IMG/VR virus record: IMGVR_UViG_3300009540_000001 | Span: 108,375-172,374 of that record | Source: a virus | Taxonomy: Duplodnaviria > Caudoviricetes | Strand: one strand, 5' to 3' | DNA length: 64,000 bases | Shown here: piece by piece, positions 9,718-19,543 of the stretch | Layout: every line of letters starts with the position of its first letter | Numbering within the stretch: the stretch's first letter is position 1 | Position numbers and translations under genes: made by a program | Notes under the pieces: model-generated | What the model was told of the DNA's origin: nothing | The model's input: the letters and a program-made list of their open reading frames with translations, nothing else | The model's database searches: none

Positions 9718-9918
9718 TCAGCTCGCGACGGCGGCGGTCATCTTCGCGTAGACCTTCTCGAGCTTCTTCAGCGTCGGGGCGTCTTGCACCTTCGACGCGA
9801 TGAAGCGGCCGAGCTTCTTGCTCGGGGTGAGCGCCCAGTAGGTGGGCGTGCCGTTGACGAGAGAGATGGAGAAGTTGGACTTCTCCACCTTGAACTGGAC
9901 CTTGAGGGAGGTGATCAT
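9718..9918 (-). CDS. Small basic hypothetical protein
   Basis: 66 aa; starts directly after the HNH stop. Confidence 0.6.
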   Translation of the reverse strand: MITSLKVQFKVEKSNFSISLVNGTPTYWALTPSKKLGRFIASKVQDAPTLKKLEKVYAKMTAAVAS

Positions 9919-10230
9919 CTAGCAAGACTCCCCCTCGACACAGGGGATGTCAAGCAGGACATCCTCAAGGAGGGCGGCATCTACGTGATGATCGAGGAGC
10001 CTGGCTTGCGTGCGTAGCCTATGGCAGTTCGCACACACGAGCTCGGTCAGCTCGAGCTCGGCCTCAACCGTCTCCCACGCCTCCCCCACGAGGTCAGAGA
10101 TGTTCGCGGTCTTTACGCCGCGAACGTGGTCAAAGTCCATGGCGGCGGGAGGGAAGCACAGGCCGCAGTCCATACAGGGCGCGGACTTCAGCTGCGCGAG
10201 GCGCAGACGATGTCGCTCGCGGCGCGTCAC
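9919..10230 (-). CDS. HNH endonuclease; paralogue of 7750-8061
   Basis: PCMDC...MDFDH...VCANCHRLRT; GTG start overlaps upstream stop. Confidence 0.85.
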   Translation of the reverse strand: MTRRERHRLRLAQLKSAPCMDCGLCFPPAAMDFDHVRGVKTANISDLVGEAWETVEAELELTELVCANCHRLRTQARLLDHHVDAALLEDVLLDIPCVEGESC

Positions 10231-10529
10231 TTGACCCTTTCGAATCCTACTCCCGCGAGCGCGTCGGGGCCCTTCGCAGGGTGCGCCTGGAACACGACGA
10301 CGTCGCACACGCCGAACGTCTCGGTGAACCACTCAGAGGTGGGGGATTCGCTCACGTAGAGCACATGCCATCTACCATGCTCGTAGAACGAACGCGTCGG
10401 GCTCGCGCCGTACAGCTCGAAGGCGAGCTCCTCGATCAGCTCTCGGCGCTCTTCGCTCTCAACGTCCGGTGTGAAGGGGAGAGGTGTGAAGTGCGCAGCG
10501 CCGTGGTGCCCGGGGCGGGAAGCAGACAT
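10227..10529 (-). CDS. Hypothetical protein
   Basis: 100 aa; TAACCT box 6 nt before ATG. Confidence 0.55.
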   Translation of the reverse strand: MSASRPGHHGAAHFTPLPFTPDVESEERRELIEELAFELYGASPTRSFYEHGRWHVLYVSESPTSEWFTETFGVCDVVVFQAHPAKGPDALAGVGFERVK

Positions 10530-10729
10530 GCACCAAGGTTAGCGGTGACCTCAGCGTGAACACGCAGAGAGGAGCGCATGCCCCAGCAGGAACGAGAAAT
10601 ACAGCAAGGCCATGGGCGCTGTCACTTGCAGCGTGGCGCGTGTGGTGAACGACATACTTCGTTATCGCACAAAGAGCCTCGGCGAGATACGAGCGGTGCG
10701 CGCAAGCCAGAGGTGTCCGGATTCTTCCG

Positions 10730-11287
10730 TTACACCGTGACAGTGATGGGATCGCTCGAATACGTGCTCGGCTTCACGAAGAGCATCACGTACACAAGGC
10801 CGGGCTCGAGAAGTAGGGGGCGATCCCACCTCCCGTCCGCTCTCGTCTTTACGACGTACAGAGGCGTCTCGCGCGCGCCCTTCTCGTACTCCGACTGGAA
10901 GTACACGCGGATCTCAGCGTCCGGGATGCCGATGCCCGCCTGGGTCACGAAGCGCAGCGCGTCGGGCTCCCCGAAGTCGTGGTCGACCTTCACGCGCGCG
11001 GCAGTGCCCGAGCCGAGGGGGCCGTCGGGTTTGAAGACGCCGGAGTCAGACAAGCAGACGCCGGAGGCGGCCACCGAGAGCACCTGGTACCAGGTGTCGG
11101 AGGTGCCGGTGACGTCGTCGAAGAAGAACCGCAGCGCCTTGGGCTGGTAGTTCGGCCCCGGGATCGCGTGCGGCACGGTCGCGAGCAGGAGCGGCGGGCC
11201 GTCCTTGTTCGTCGCCACGTAGATCTCGTAGTAGGCGACGTCGTCATCGACGGGGGCTTGCCAGTACAGACGGATGCCGACGCTCAT
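10730..11287 (-). CDS. Virion protein with FN3/Ig-like N-terminus
   Basis: LYWQAP..DVAYYEIY...WYQVLSV pattern. Confidence 0.6.
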   Translation of the reverse strand: MSVGIRLYWQAPVDDDVAYYEIYVATNKDGPPLLLATVPHAIPGPNYQPKALRFFFDDVTGTSDTWYQVLSVAASGVCLSDSGVFKPDGPLGSGTAARVKVDHDFGEPDALRFVTQAGIGIPDAEIRVYFQSEYEKGARETPLYVVKTRADGRWDRPLLLEPGLVYVMLFVKPSTYSSDPITVTV

Positions 11288-12108
11288 AGCTTTTCTTTCC
11301 GTCCTACGGCGTTCAAGCGCCCGCCTGCGCCCGTGGCGAGTGGGCCCTTCGTGACCGCGCGCAGCGCTTCACGAAGCTGAATGAGGTCCTCCTCGAGGAA
11401 GACGTCCATGGACTGAAGCGCGGCGAGGAGTTCCTCGAGGTCCACGGTCTCGTTGAGATTTACCCCAAAGAAGAGATCGCTGTCCAAGCTCTCGACGAGG
11501 CTTTGACCCTCGGAGAGCGCGACGATGACGCGGCGAATCCCGGTGACGCTCTCGGCGAGGGAGACCGTCTCGTCGTTCGCGACGGTGGTCTCTGCGTAGC
11601 TCGCGAGCGCCTCGAGCAGCGGCAACAAGACCGAGAGGCCGACGATCGAGACCCGCGCGGAGTCCAAGGACTCCGAGAGCGCGGACGACTCGGAGAGGAA
11701 CACGCTCGGGGCCCGGCGATACGCCTCCACGGCCTCGAGCAGCGGCAGCAGCTCGTTCAGCGCCGCCGCCATCTCGGCGTACGTGCCGAGGCTGTCGAAG
11801 ACCAGGATGAGGCCCTCTGCGACGGCGGCGAAGGCGCGCGCCTGGGCGCTCAAGCTCTCCGCGTACCCCACGCTCTCGTTGAGCGCGGAGGTGAAGCGCA
11901 GGAAGCGCGCGACGCTCTCGGTGATCGAGAGCGACTCCGCGACGAAGGGGCGCGCGCGGTACAACGACACCAAGACGGCGGCCAGCGCCACCGTCTCGGA
12001 TACGTTCGGTCTCGCATGGTACTGCGCTGCCGACGCTTCAGAGAGCGCGGTACCGTCCATCACCGCGACGTTGAATCGTCGCGGCTGTACCGCGAGCAGG
12101 AGGCTCAC
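11284..12108 (-). CDS. Repeat-containing virion structural protein
   Basis: Recurrent ESxxxxES(L/V) periodicity. Confidence 0.6.
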   Translation of the reverse strand: MSLLLAVQPRRFNVAVMDGTALSEASAAQYHARPNVSETVALAAVLVSLYRARPFVAESLSITESVARFLRFTSALNESVGYAESLSAQARAFAAVAEGLILVFDSLGTYAEMAAALNELLPLLEAVEAYRRAPSVFLSESSALSESLDSARVSIVGLSVLLPLLEALASYAETTVANDETVSLAESVTGIRRVIVALSEGQSLVESLDSDLFFGVNLNETVDLEELLAALQSMDVFLEEDLIQLREALRAVTKGPLATGAGGRLNAVGRKEKL

Positions 12109-13541
12109 TCGTAGATGCCCTCGATCGTGATCAGGTGGCGCACGACGCCCGCGCTCGGGGCCGTTCCGACCTTGCGCTTCACCACCTGAATGAACTCACC
12201 CGGGCACACGGCGATGGGGACGTCGAAGCGCTCGATGATGTCCGACAACACCGTGCCGGCCGCCGCGTTCGCGGCCACCGCCTGGAAGCCCAGGGGCACA
12301 CGGCGCGACGCCTTCGTCGTGGCGGACTCCGCCGTCAAGAGGCTGACCGCCGTGTGGCCGAACGCGCAGCAGAGCTGCGCGACGTAGCCGCCGCCCGTGA
12401 GCGTCGTGCTGATCATCGACTTGACGCGGATCGACCGGACGAGGAGCGTACGCCCTGCGGCAGTACCGCTCCCGGCCGGTACCTGGAAGCTCATCAAGAT
12501 GCCGTCGGTCTCGGCGACCAGCGTGTCCGTCTCCGCGAACTGTCCGCCCAGGGAGCTCGCGATGAGCGCGCTGGTCGTGTTCGTCGGGACCGCCGCGACC
12601 GGGGCCGTGTTGTTCACGTAGGAGAGCGCGGTGCCGACCGTCGCCGAGCCGGACTGGAGCAAGAGCGCCGTCCGGCCCATGGCCGCCATCGCGTTTTCGT
12701 GCGAGCGCGCGGTCGCGTACTCGCCGAGGTCGATGCTGGCGCGGGAGATCACGAGCTGCTGCGCCTGCGGCATGTTCGAGCCCGTGACGTACTGGCGGAA
12801 CGTGATCGGAAGAGCGCCAGACGGGACCAGCGTCGGAATCGACACGGGGCAGTCGAAGGCCGCCACCAGGATGTTGTTGATCCAGAACGTGACGCGGTCC
12901 TGGTGGATCCCTACGAGAAAGTCGCGCGCTTCGTTCGTCGGCCAGAGCCCCGGGTCGATGACCGCCGAGCACACGTCGTTGCTGCCGATCGCGACGATGG
13001 CCTGGAACGTGCCCGAGGAGGTCACGCGGAAGAACGCGCCGTCCGTGACGTCCGCCGTCCCAGTCGCGTACATCAACCCGAAGTCCATCACGCAGTTGGA
13101 CACGAAGTCGGTGCGATGGATCGCCGCGAAAGAAAACCAGGTCGTGTACGAGCCCCAGATCGGAAAGGCGCGTTGGGACGTGACGCGCGACACACCTGCG
13201 GCGGCGACCGAGCCCGCGCTGTTGAGCGTGAGGAGGTTACCCGCGACGGCCACGGCCTGCGTCGTCACAGGCGCCGTCCACACGGATGAGTTCAACACCG
13301 TGCCGAGGAAGGGCTCCTCAAACATGATGCTGTCCGTACCCACGCGCGAGCGGTAGTCGTTCGAAACTTCGGGCGACAGGAGGAGGGGCGCCCCCGTCAC
13401 CTCGCCTGCGTCGAGCTCCGAGAGCGCGCGAACGTACCCCGACTGGTCCTCGACCTTCGGCAGGTTGACCTTGAGGTTCTTGTCGCTATCGACCTCGGCG
13501 ACGTTGGCGCTGAGTTCCCCTTGGATACGAATGCCGCTCAT
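12105..13541 (-). CDS. Virion/tail accessory protein, beta-rich
   Basis: 478 aa in a coupled structural operon. Confidence 0.6.
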   Translation of the reverse strand: MSGIRIQGELSANVAEVDSDKNLKVNLPKVEDQSGYVRALSELDAGEVTGAPLLLSPEVSNDYRSRVGTDSIMFEEPFLGTVLNSSVWTAPVTTQAVAVAGNLLTLNSAGSVAAAGVSRVTSQRAFPIWGSYTTWFSFAAIHRTDFVSNCVMDFGLMYATGTADVTDGAFFRVTSSGTFQAIVAIGSNDVCSAVIDPGLWPTNEARDFLVGIHQDRVTFWINNILVAAFDCPVSIPTLVPSGALPITFRQYVTGSNMPQAQQLVISRASIDLGEYATARSHENAMAAMGRTALLLQSGSATVGTALSYVNNTAPVAAVPTNTTSALIASSLGGQFAETDTLVAETDGILMSFQVPAGSGTAAGRTLLVRSIRVKSMISTTLTGGGYVAQLCCAFGHTAVSLLTAESATTKASRRVPLGFQAVAANAAAGTVLSDIIERFDVPIAVCPGEFIQVVKRKVGTAPSAGVVRHLITIEGIYE

Positions 13542-13553
13542 GGTTGCTCCCTA

Positions 13554-13832
13554 TCAGGCCCAGACCCAACGCACTTTGAAGGTGCCGTTGAGGCTCAATT
13601 CACTAAGCGCGTGGATCGTGAAGCCGACGCCGGGGACGATGTCGCCGCAGGCGAGGCGGATCAAGGACACGAGATGCTCCGCAGCCGTGTGATCCGCCGA
13701 GTCTTCGTACATCAGGAACGCTTCGGCGTTAGACCCCGCGACGATGTCGATCTGGCCCGTGATGACCGTCTCGGTCATCATCGAGCCCGTCGAAGAGGCC
13801 CCGAAGTCGAGTGTGTCGAACCCGACAGGCAT
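13554..13832 (-). CDS. Small virion structural protein
   Basis: C-terminal GFTIHA...GTFKVRWVWA. Confidence 0.6.
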   Translation of the reverse strand: MPVGFDTLDFGASSTGSMMTETVITGQIDIVAGSNAEAFLMYEDSADHTAAEHLVSLIRLACGDIVPGVGFTIHALSELSLNGTFKVRWVWA

Positions 13833-13835
13833 CGC

Positions 13836-14372
13836 TCAGCCCAGCGTGATCGTGTACGTGAGCGTCAGCTTGTCGCCGTTGGCCAACGTGCGCTGCGTGA
13901 AGCCCAGCACGTGGTTCATGGTGCCGCTCGAGATGGCGGTGAAGAGCGCCGCCTTCTGCGCGGACTGCCCGCCGGTCGCGGTGAACTCGTTCAGCACCGT
14001 GGTGGTGTTCGTGCCGATGGTGTGTGCCACCGCGCCCTGAACGCGCCCGAGGCCGTTCGTCGTGATCTCGTTCGAGAGCACGGTCGACGCGCTGGTCTCC
14101 GTCACCGTGTCGTTCGACAGGGCGATGAAGTTCAGGCCGCAAGCCGACGGTACGCTCGTCCCGTATCCCTGGTAGTGCAGGAAGTCCCGCCCGGCCAGGG
14201 TGATCAGGTTCCACACGCGCTCGACGGGCGCCACGTCTTCGTAGACGTAGAGCTCGCCTTTACGGCGTAGACGACGGTGGACGACGTCCAAAGAGGCCCG
14301 CCCGATCGGCACGTGGACCGCCAGGGCCTTGGACTTCAGGAGTAGGTTGACGAGGGACGCCGCGACGCTCAT
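13836..14372 (-). CDS. Tail fibre-associated structural protein
   Basis: NLITLAGRD...FIALS...GDKLTLTYTIT; start reassigned to ATG 14372 (TATGCT box 7 nt upstream). Confidence 0.7.
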   Translation of the reverse strand: MSVAASLVNLLLKSKALAVHVPIGRASLDVVHRRLRRKGELYVYEDVAPVERVWNLITLAGRDFLHYQGYGTSVPSACGLNFIALSNDTVTETSASTVLSNEITTNGLGRVQGAVAHTIGTNTTTVLNEFTATGGQSAQKAALFTAISSGTMNHVLGFTQRTLANGDKLTLTYTITLG

Positions 14373-14422
14373 GGCCACAAGCATAAGCGAGGGCCAAAAG
14401 AAAAGAGCGTATCGTTGGAGGG

Positions 14423-14617
14423 GTGAGCGCCTCGCAACAACTGCGCGCGAAGGGAGGCCCAATCGGCGTCCTGAACGACGCGATGCAGGGCGTGGAGAAG
14501 GTTCTTGCGGAGCACGTCGCGGCCGACGGGCAACACGAGGCGCGCGTCGCGCTCCGCAAGATCCTGGTGGACGCCGTGATCGCCGCGTACACCCATGGGC
14601 AGGCGAAGGGGGCGTAG
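14423..14617 (+). CDS. Small hypothetical protein
   Basis: GGAGG SD; fills the gap between minus-strand operons. Confidence 0.45.
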   Translation: MSASQQLRAKGGPIGVLNDAMQGVEKVLAEHVAADGQHEARVALRKILVDAVIAAYTHGQAKGA

Positions 14618-14872
14618 TCAGTCGAAGACGTCGCGGGCGTAGTTGTACCCGTCGATGAAAGCCTCGTTCTCCTCCTCGTAAATCTCCGCGTCGAGATCCC
14701 AAGGAACGCCCGGGCCGTCGCCCTTCCAGTGGCCGTAGCCCCAGCCGTCGGTCAGCAGCTGTGTTCCTCCGCCCCCGCTCGGGCCCTGGCCCTCGTACAC
14801 GGTCTTCGGGTCGGTGGCATACCCCCAGGCCCCGGCCCCCGTTCCCCCGCCGCGCTCATCCCACGCGGGCAT
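14618..14872 (-). CDS. GDG/YEE family peptide (cluster A)
   Basis: DGWGYG..KGDGPG...IYEEE. Confidence 0.7.
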   Translation of the reverse strand: MPAWDERGGGTGAGAWGYATDPKTVYEGQGPSGGGGTQLLTDGWGYGHWKGDGPGVPWDLDAEIYEEENEAFIDGYNYARDVFD

Positions 14873-15653
14873 ACTTCTCGCGCAACTTCTTTTCCACAGC
14901 CTCCTTCTGTACCATCAGCTCGCTCTTCGCCTCCTCTGCCTGCTCCTTCATCGTCTCGTAGAAGTACGTGTCGTCCCCGTCCGAGTCGATGCCCCAGACG
15001 CTCGACTCCCCGCGCACCGTCACGCCCTCGACGAGCTCGAGCGTCGCGACGACCTCAACCCCGTAGTACCACCAGGACTCCCCGTAGCTCTCGATGCGCG
15101 CGACGTCGCGGGCGATGTACTCCCGGGCCTTCAGGTCAGCGGCGGACTTCGAGTAGCCGCGCTCCCAGAGGCCTCCGAAGTAGTCGGAGAAGTTCTGCTG
15201 AAGCTTGACGTACTTGTACTCGTTCCTCCCAGGGTTGACCCGCTTGATGCACGTGTCCTCTCGGTTCCTCTCGCCCTCCCTACGCTCACGCTCTTGCGTC
15301 GCCTTGTCCGCCCAAGGCCGTACCCGGTACTTCCCGACGTGCATGACGTCCGAGTCGTCGGTCATCACGCCCGGGTAATCCCGGTCCGTGTCGTTGTCGG
15401 GCGTCACCCGGATGATGTACTGGATCTTCGGCTGCTCCCCCGTGTCTCCGAGGTCGGGGGCATCGCCGAGCGGCTCCTCCCACGTCTGGCGCTCATTCTT
15501 TGGCTCGAGCCTCCGCGCCTCCGCCCACTCCACGGCGGGGCTCTTCTTCAGGACGCTGAAAGCGGCGCGCGCGCCGTACGTCTCGCGCGCGGCCTGGACC
15601 TTGCGCAGTCGGCGAATGTCGATCGTCGGCGCCTTGTAGATGTTTCCTTGCAT
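14856..15653 (-). CDS. Hypothetical protein (MQGNIYK...)
   Basis: AAGGAG SD; start reassigned; 265 aa. Confidence 0.7.
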   Translation of the reverse strand: MQGNIYKAPTIDIRRLRKVQAARETYGARAAFSVLKKSPAVEWAEARRLEPKNERQTWEEPLGDAPDLGDTGEQPKIQYIIRVTPDNDTDRDYPGVMTDDSDVMHVGKYRVRPWADKATQERERREGERNREDTCIKRVNPGRNEYKYVKLQQNFSDYFGGLWERGYSKSAADLKAREYIARDVARIESYGESWWYYGVEVVATLELVEGVTVRGESSVWGIDSDGDDTYFYETMKEQAEEAKSELMVQKEAVEKKLREKYARVG

Positions 15654-15663
15654 TGCGGTCTCC

Positions 15664-15876
15664 TTAGTACATGTCGTTTCGTAGCCACTTCTCTTCGTAC
15701 GCGTGGCGCACGGGCGTCCAGCGGTCGTTGGGACTTCCGCCCCACGCCTCGCCGTACCCTCGGCCATTGCCGTTGCCGTCCCACCCCCGGACGAGAGGCG
15801 GCACACCGTCGCCCGAGCCGTTGGGAAATACGGGGCTTTGCCCAAGGAGGTAGGAGCCTTGGTCGTACTCCGGCAT
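15664..15876 (-). CDS. GDG/YEE family peptide (cluster A)
   Basis: MPEY...GSGDG...DGNGNG...AYEEK; TGATG overlap. Confidence 0.7.
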   Translation of the reverse strand: MPEYDQGSYLLGQSPVFPNGSGDGVPPLVRGWDGNGNGRGYGEAWGGSPNDRWTPVRHAYEEKWLRNDMY

Positions 15877-16124
15877 CAGTACCTCTCCCAGTCGTACCCC
15901 GCCCGATACGCGTACGGCGGCGCCGGCAGCACGCGCGAACGATCCCAGCCTGCGGAGAAGTCCACGACGCACGCGCCGCCGTCGCCGCGACGGAGCTCGT
16001 TGTCGTATGCGAATGGGAGGCCAAGGCCGTCCCCATCCCCTTTCAAATACCACCCTAGCTGTACATCCCCGTTGCCGTCGGAGTCGTACCCCGGCGGCAA
16101 CTGGGGTTTATTCTCTCGAGACAT
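15876..16124 (-). CDS. GDG family peptide (cluster A)
   Basis: DSDGNGD...KGDGDG...RGDGG; GGAGGT SD. Confidence 0.7.
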   Translation of the reverse strand: MSRENKPQLPPGYDSDGNGDVQLGWYLKGDGDGLGLPFAYDNELRRGDGGACVVDFSAGWDRSRVLPAPPYAYRAGYDWERY

Positions 16125-16200
16125 GTGCACCTCCGAGGGCTTGTACCCGGAAGTGCGCGGCGTTTACGGAGTAAAGAGAGCCCCCCGGCTCTCTCGTCTC

Positions 16201-17829
16201 TTACAGCTTGTAGCTCGGCACGTTCACCCGCACCGGGCCGCCCTCGATCTCCGTGCTGTGCGCTCCGTAGCGCACGTCGATCTGTGCAACCTGCATGGGC
16301 TGCACGTACTTGTACGACTCCGGAAGCGCGTTGAAGTCATCCTGCACGAAGCGCAAGAGGACGGCCTCGAGCTCCTTCATGCTCTTGCCCTTCGTGCCCT
16401 CGAGCCGCACGTTGACCTCCGCGCGATAGGCCTTGGTCACGATGAGCAAGAGCTCGTGCGTGTCCTCTTCCTCGAACGGGCGCGGCATCGGGAAGGCCAG
16501 GCCCAGGCACGTCAGCGCGCTCTCGAACGCCTCCCCATACCAGAGGGCGTCGAGATGCGCGGCGATCTGCTCGGCGACCTTTGCCGGCAGGGCCGGCGCG
16601 CGGACGCGCAGGTCGAAGATCACGCCCTTGAGGTTGCACAGGGTGTGATCGACCCCGGAGTACCACACGCGGCGTGTGGGCTCCGGCGGGACGGGGACGC
16701 CGGCGATGCGCGCGACCGCCGTTTGAAAGGTCTCGCCGCCCGGGGCGAACGAGACGCCGTCGCCGACGATCGCGTCGCCGCCGGCCTTGAGCGCTGCGGT
16801 ACGGTGTAGCCCCTGCTTGACGCCCCCCTCGTCGACGAAGTCCCCCTCCGTCGTCGGGGGCTGCCTCGGCGTGTGGTGGTAGCGCGTCATGGTGTCATCC
16901 TCTGCGGCTTTCGCCGCAGCCGTGTCGGCGTCATTGAATAGGGTGTACCCAGGCTCTGCCTCCTCCACGAGCTCGACGCCTGCTCCCGCCTTCAACTGCT
17001 CCGCCCGCGTAGCGCGCTTGAACTTCACGGTGTACCCGAGCGCCGCAGCGTGCGCGGCCCACGCGCGCTGGTCGTCGAGCGGAGTCGCAGAGAAACGCGG
17101 CAGCGCGTCGAAGCGGTGCGCGATGTTCTCGCCGGTCGTCTGATTGAACACCTTGCCGTTGGGCGCTCCGTTCTTCTCGAGCTCGATCACGGCCACGCGC
17201 GGCTCCTTGGTCGGCAGCGTCGTGTACTTCGACCGCTCGATCATGGCCTGGTGCTCGCGCTGCTCCTCGTCCGTGAGCGGCGTCACCGGCACGAGGAAGC
17301 GCTCGACGGGGGACGTGGCCGGCATGCCCACCTCTTGGTTCGCGTTGCCGAGCACGAGGCTGACGGCGCCCTGCGACGTCGGGCTGAACGTCGTCACGCC
17401 CGGGCGGTGTACGGCGTTCAGCAGCTGGTGGTTCGCCCGGACCCAGGTGCGCGTCATGTGCCACTGCGCGTGAGCGAGCTGCGTCAGGTCGTAGAGGACG
17501 TTCCGGTGCTGGTCGACGATGCGCCCGGTCCAGGTGTCCGTAGCTTCGTGGGCGATGCGGTCGGAGCCGCATTCGAAGAACAGCTCGCGCGGCGGGGGCG
17601 GCGCGACACCCCCGCCCACGGCGATCGGCTGCTCGAGGTCGTACTTCGTCGCGTTCACGACGCTCACCTGGTACCCGTCGTTCTGGTACTTCGTCCACCA
17701 GTACGCGGTTCCTTTCGACGTGTCGCAGCGGTCGTACTTGGCGCCGAGGGCTTCGTGGCGCCGTACGACGCCCGTCCAGTCGCCGCTATCGGGGCCATAG
17801 AGGAAGTGCGCGGAAGGCTTGATGCTCAT
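16201..17829 (-). CDS. Large multi-domain hypothetical protein
   Basis: 542 aa from MSIKPSA; no motif recognised. Confidence 0.7.
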   Translation of the reverse strand: MSIKPSAHFLYGPDSGDWTGVVRRHEALGAKYDRCDTSKGTAYWWTKYQNDGYQVSVVNATKYDLEQPIAVGGGVAPPPPRELFFECGSDRIAHEATDTWTGRIVDQHRNVLYDLTQLAHAQWHMTRTWVRANHQLLNAVHRPGVTTFSPTSQGAVSLVLGNANQEVGMPATSPVERFLVPVTPLTDEEQREHQAMIERSKYTTLPTKEPRVAVIELEKNGAPNGKVFNQTTGENIAHRFDALPRFSATPLDDQRAWAAHAAALGYTVKFKRATRAEQLKAGAGVELVEEAEPGYTLFNDADTAAAKAAEDDTMTRYHHTPRQPPTTEGDFVDEGGVKQGLHRTAALKAGGDAIVGDGVSFAPGGETFQTAVARIAGVPVPPEPTRRVWYSGVDHTLCNLKGVIFDLRVRAPALPAKVAEQIAAHLDALWYGEAFESALTCLGLAFPMPRPFEEEDTHELLLIVTKAYRAEVNVRLEGTKGKSMKELEAVLLRFVQDDFNALPESYKYVQPMQVAQIDVRYGAHSTEIEGGPVRVNVPSYKL

Positions 17830-17930
17830 GTGTTTGTCTCTTTCTTTACGGCGTACGCTTGTGTGTGCCGTGGTATGAATGGGCTGCGTCCGCACCAGGC
17901 TATCTTGCCTCTGGTAAGGACGTCGAACCT

Positions 17931-18119
17931 GTGGATGTTCTCCACCGCACGGGATGTGCAGTCCTCAAGGGCGGGGAGAAGGCACAGGGCGTGATCCTGC
18001 GAGATGGCAGGGCGTGGCGGACGTTGAAGTACCTGGATGCGACGCGGGTGACGGTCGTGAAGCTTGACGGGACGGAGGTCGAAATGACGCCTTACGAGGC
18101 GATCAGCACCTCTCCTTGA
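17931..18119 (+). CDS. Small hypothetical protein
   Basis: TATCTT box, AAGGA SD, GTG start. Confidence 0.4.
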   Translation: MDVLHRTGCAVLKGGEKAQGVILRDGRAWRTLKYLDATRVTVVKLDGTEVEMTPYEAISTSP

Positions 18120-18402
18120 CCCACACCCGCTCGAGCTCCACCAGCGGCGCCTGCGTCTTCGCCGCCTCGTACTTTTCTCGGGCGGTCTTCGCCTTCTGCT
18201 CGAGCTCTTGAAGGTTCAGGAGCTCCTTCTTCAGGAACACGTCTCTGGCGTCCTCTGCGCTGTCCGACAGCGTGCACTCATGGAAGATGCGCCCGTGACT
18301 GCTCACGACGAGACGCTCGTCGAGCGTGTCTCCGGTGTTGAGCTCTTGCACGATGAGCTTGCCGTCATGTGTTGTGCGGCCATCTGTGATGTACTTCTTC
18401 AT
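18103..18402 (-). CDS. Hypothetical protein with coiled coil; paralogue of 9379-9612
   Basis: ATGA overlap with upstream peptide gene. Confidence 0.65.
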   Translation of the reverse strand: MKKYITDGRTTHDGKLIVQELNTGDTLDERLVVSSHGRIFHECTLSDSAEDARDVFLKKELLNLQELEQKAKTAREKYEAAKTQAPLVELERVWVKERC

Positions 18403-18653
18403 TCGTCTATCTCCCAGTCGCTTGCCCAGCTCTCGTACTGCGCGCGGAGCTTGCTGATCTCGTAGTCGTCTTCGTCGAGGGCGAAACGTATCCCGCCGCC
18501 CCCGGTCGTGTTCCCGCACTGGATCTGCGTGTGCGTCGCGGAGCTCGTTCCATCCCCCCAGCCACCCCCATCGGCCGTGTCGTACTGCGCCCCGAAACGC
18601 CATATGTACTCGTCGTAGGCGTAGACGCTGCGAGGGTTTTCTTCGTAGCTCAC
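18399..18653 (-). CDS. GDG/YEE family peptide (cluster B)
   Basis: QYDTADGGGWGDG...QYES. Confidence 0.75.
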   Translation of the reverse strand: MSYEENPRSVYAYDEYIWRFGAQYDTADGGGWGDGTSSATHTQIQCGNTTGGGGIRFALDEDDYEISKLRAQYESWASDWEIDE

Positions 18654-18853
18654 GGATCTACGCCTTCCTCGTAGCGTTTCTGGACGCGGTATCCGAACGT
18701 GAAGTCGCTGCTGCTCCCTCCCTGCGTGTCACCGTTCTGAACCATGCCCCACCCGTCGCCCCAGCCATCGCCTCCCGACGTGTTGTACTGCGGGCCGACG
18801 CATCCCAGCTGGTCAGGGTCTACGCGGTAAAGGTCGCGCGCGTTGTGCCTCAT
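18650..18853 (-). CDS. GDG/YEE family peptide (cluster B)
   Basis: QYNTSGGDGWGDGWG...RYEEG. Confidence 0.75.
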   Translation of the reverse strand: MRHNARDLYRVDPDQLGCVGPQYNTSGGDGWGDGWGMVQNGDTQGGSSSDFTFGYRVQKRYEEGVDP

Positions 18854-19074
18854 CCTCTCCTCGGCCCTTCTCGGTATTCGGGATACGGGTCACGAACCTG
18901 GCGTCGGTACGCTTCGCCGTTGGCGCCCATTCCGTCCCCCATGCCGTAGATGTGCCACCCGTCTCCGTACCCGTCTCCGGGAGCTTGGTACGGCGTCGCG
19001 TGAACGCCCCCTAGAGCCCCCGCGCTCCCGCCCCCAAGGGGGTACTCCCGGCCGGCGTCGTGCTCGTAGCTCAT
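18850..19074 (-). CDS. GDG/YEE family peptide (cluster B)
   Basis: MSYEHD...APGDGYGDGW...EYRE. Confidence 0.75.
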   Translation of the reverse strand: MSYEHDAGREYPLGGGSAGALGGVHATPYQAPGDGYGDGWHIYGMGDGMGANGEAYRRQVRDPYPEYREGPRRG

Positions 19075-19250
19075 GCGTTGTACTCCCTTGGTTCGTCGTA
19101 CTCGAACGCGCTCGCGTCGAAGTACCCGTTGCCGCTCGGAAGGGCGCACCACGGCTGAGCCATGCGACCCTCGTAGAAGTCGTAGCCTTCGTAGGGGCAG
19201 ACCCCGTGGCCATCGCCGTCGCGTTCGACCGCGTCGGAGACGCGCTTCAC
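19071..19250 (-). CDS. GDG/YEE family peptide (cluster B)
   Basis: GTG start; RDGDGHG...EYDE. Confidence 0.7.
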   Translation of the reverse strand: MKRVSDAVERDGDGHGVCPYEGYDFYEGRMAQPWCALPSGNGYFDASAFEYDEPREYNA

Positions 19251-19543
19251 GCCGTCAGCTTCTTGCGGATCTGCACGAGCCCTTGCTCCCCCGGCTCCTC
19301 CGGGTGCGGATGCGGGTGCGAGTGCCCAGGGCTCTTGAGCTTCACGACGACGCCCATCGCCTCGATCTCCGCCATGGGCACGCCCAGCAGCTCCTCGGCC
19401 TGCTCGCGCAAGCTCAGGCGATGCTCGTGCGGCATGTCGTCCTCGGGGACCTCGACGTCGATGGTGATGACGGTGCGCTGCGTCGCCGCGTCGTGCAGGT
19501 ACGTCAGGGTGGTTTTCTTTAGGTCTTCTCGTCCTTGTTTCAT
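19247..19543 (-). CDS. FtsH ternary-system X3-like protein
   Basis: TLTYLHDAATQRTVITIDVE..EDDMPHEH; recognised from memory of the fvmX3 family. Confidence 0.5.
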   Translation of the reverse strand: MKQGREDLKKTTLTYLHDAATQRTVITIDVEVPEDDMPHEHRLSLREQAEELLGVPMAEIEAMGVVVKLKSPGHSHPHPHPEEPGEQGLVQIRKKLTA

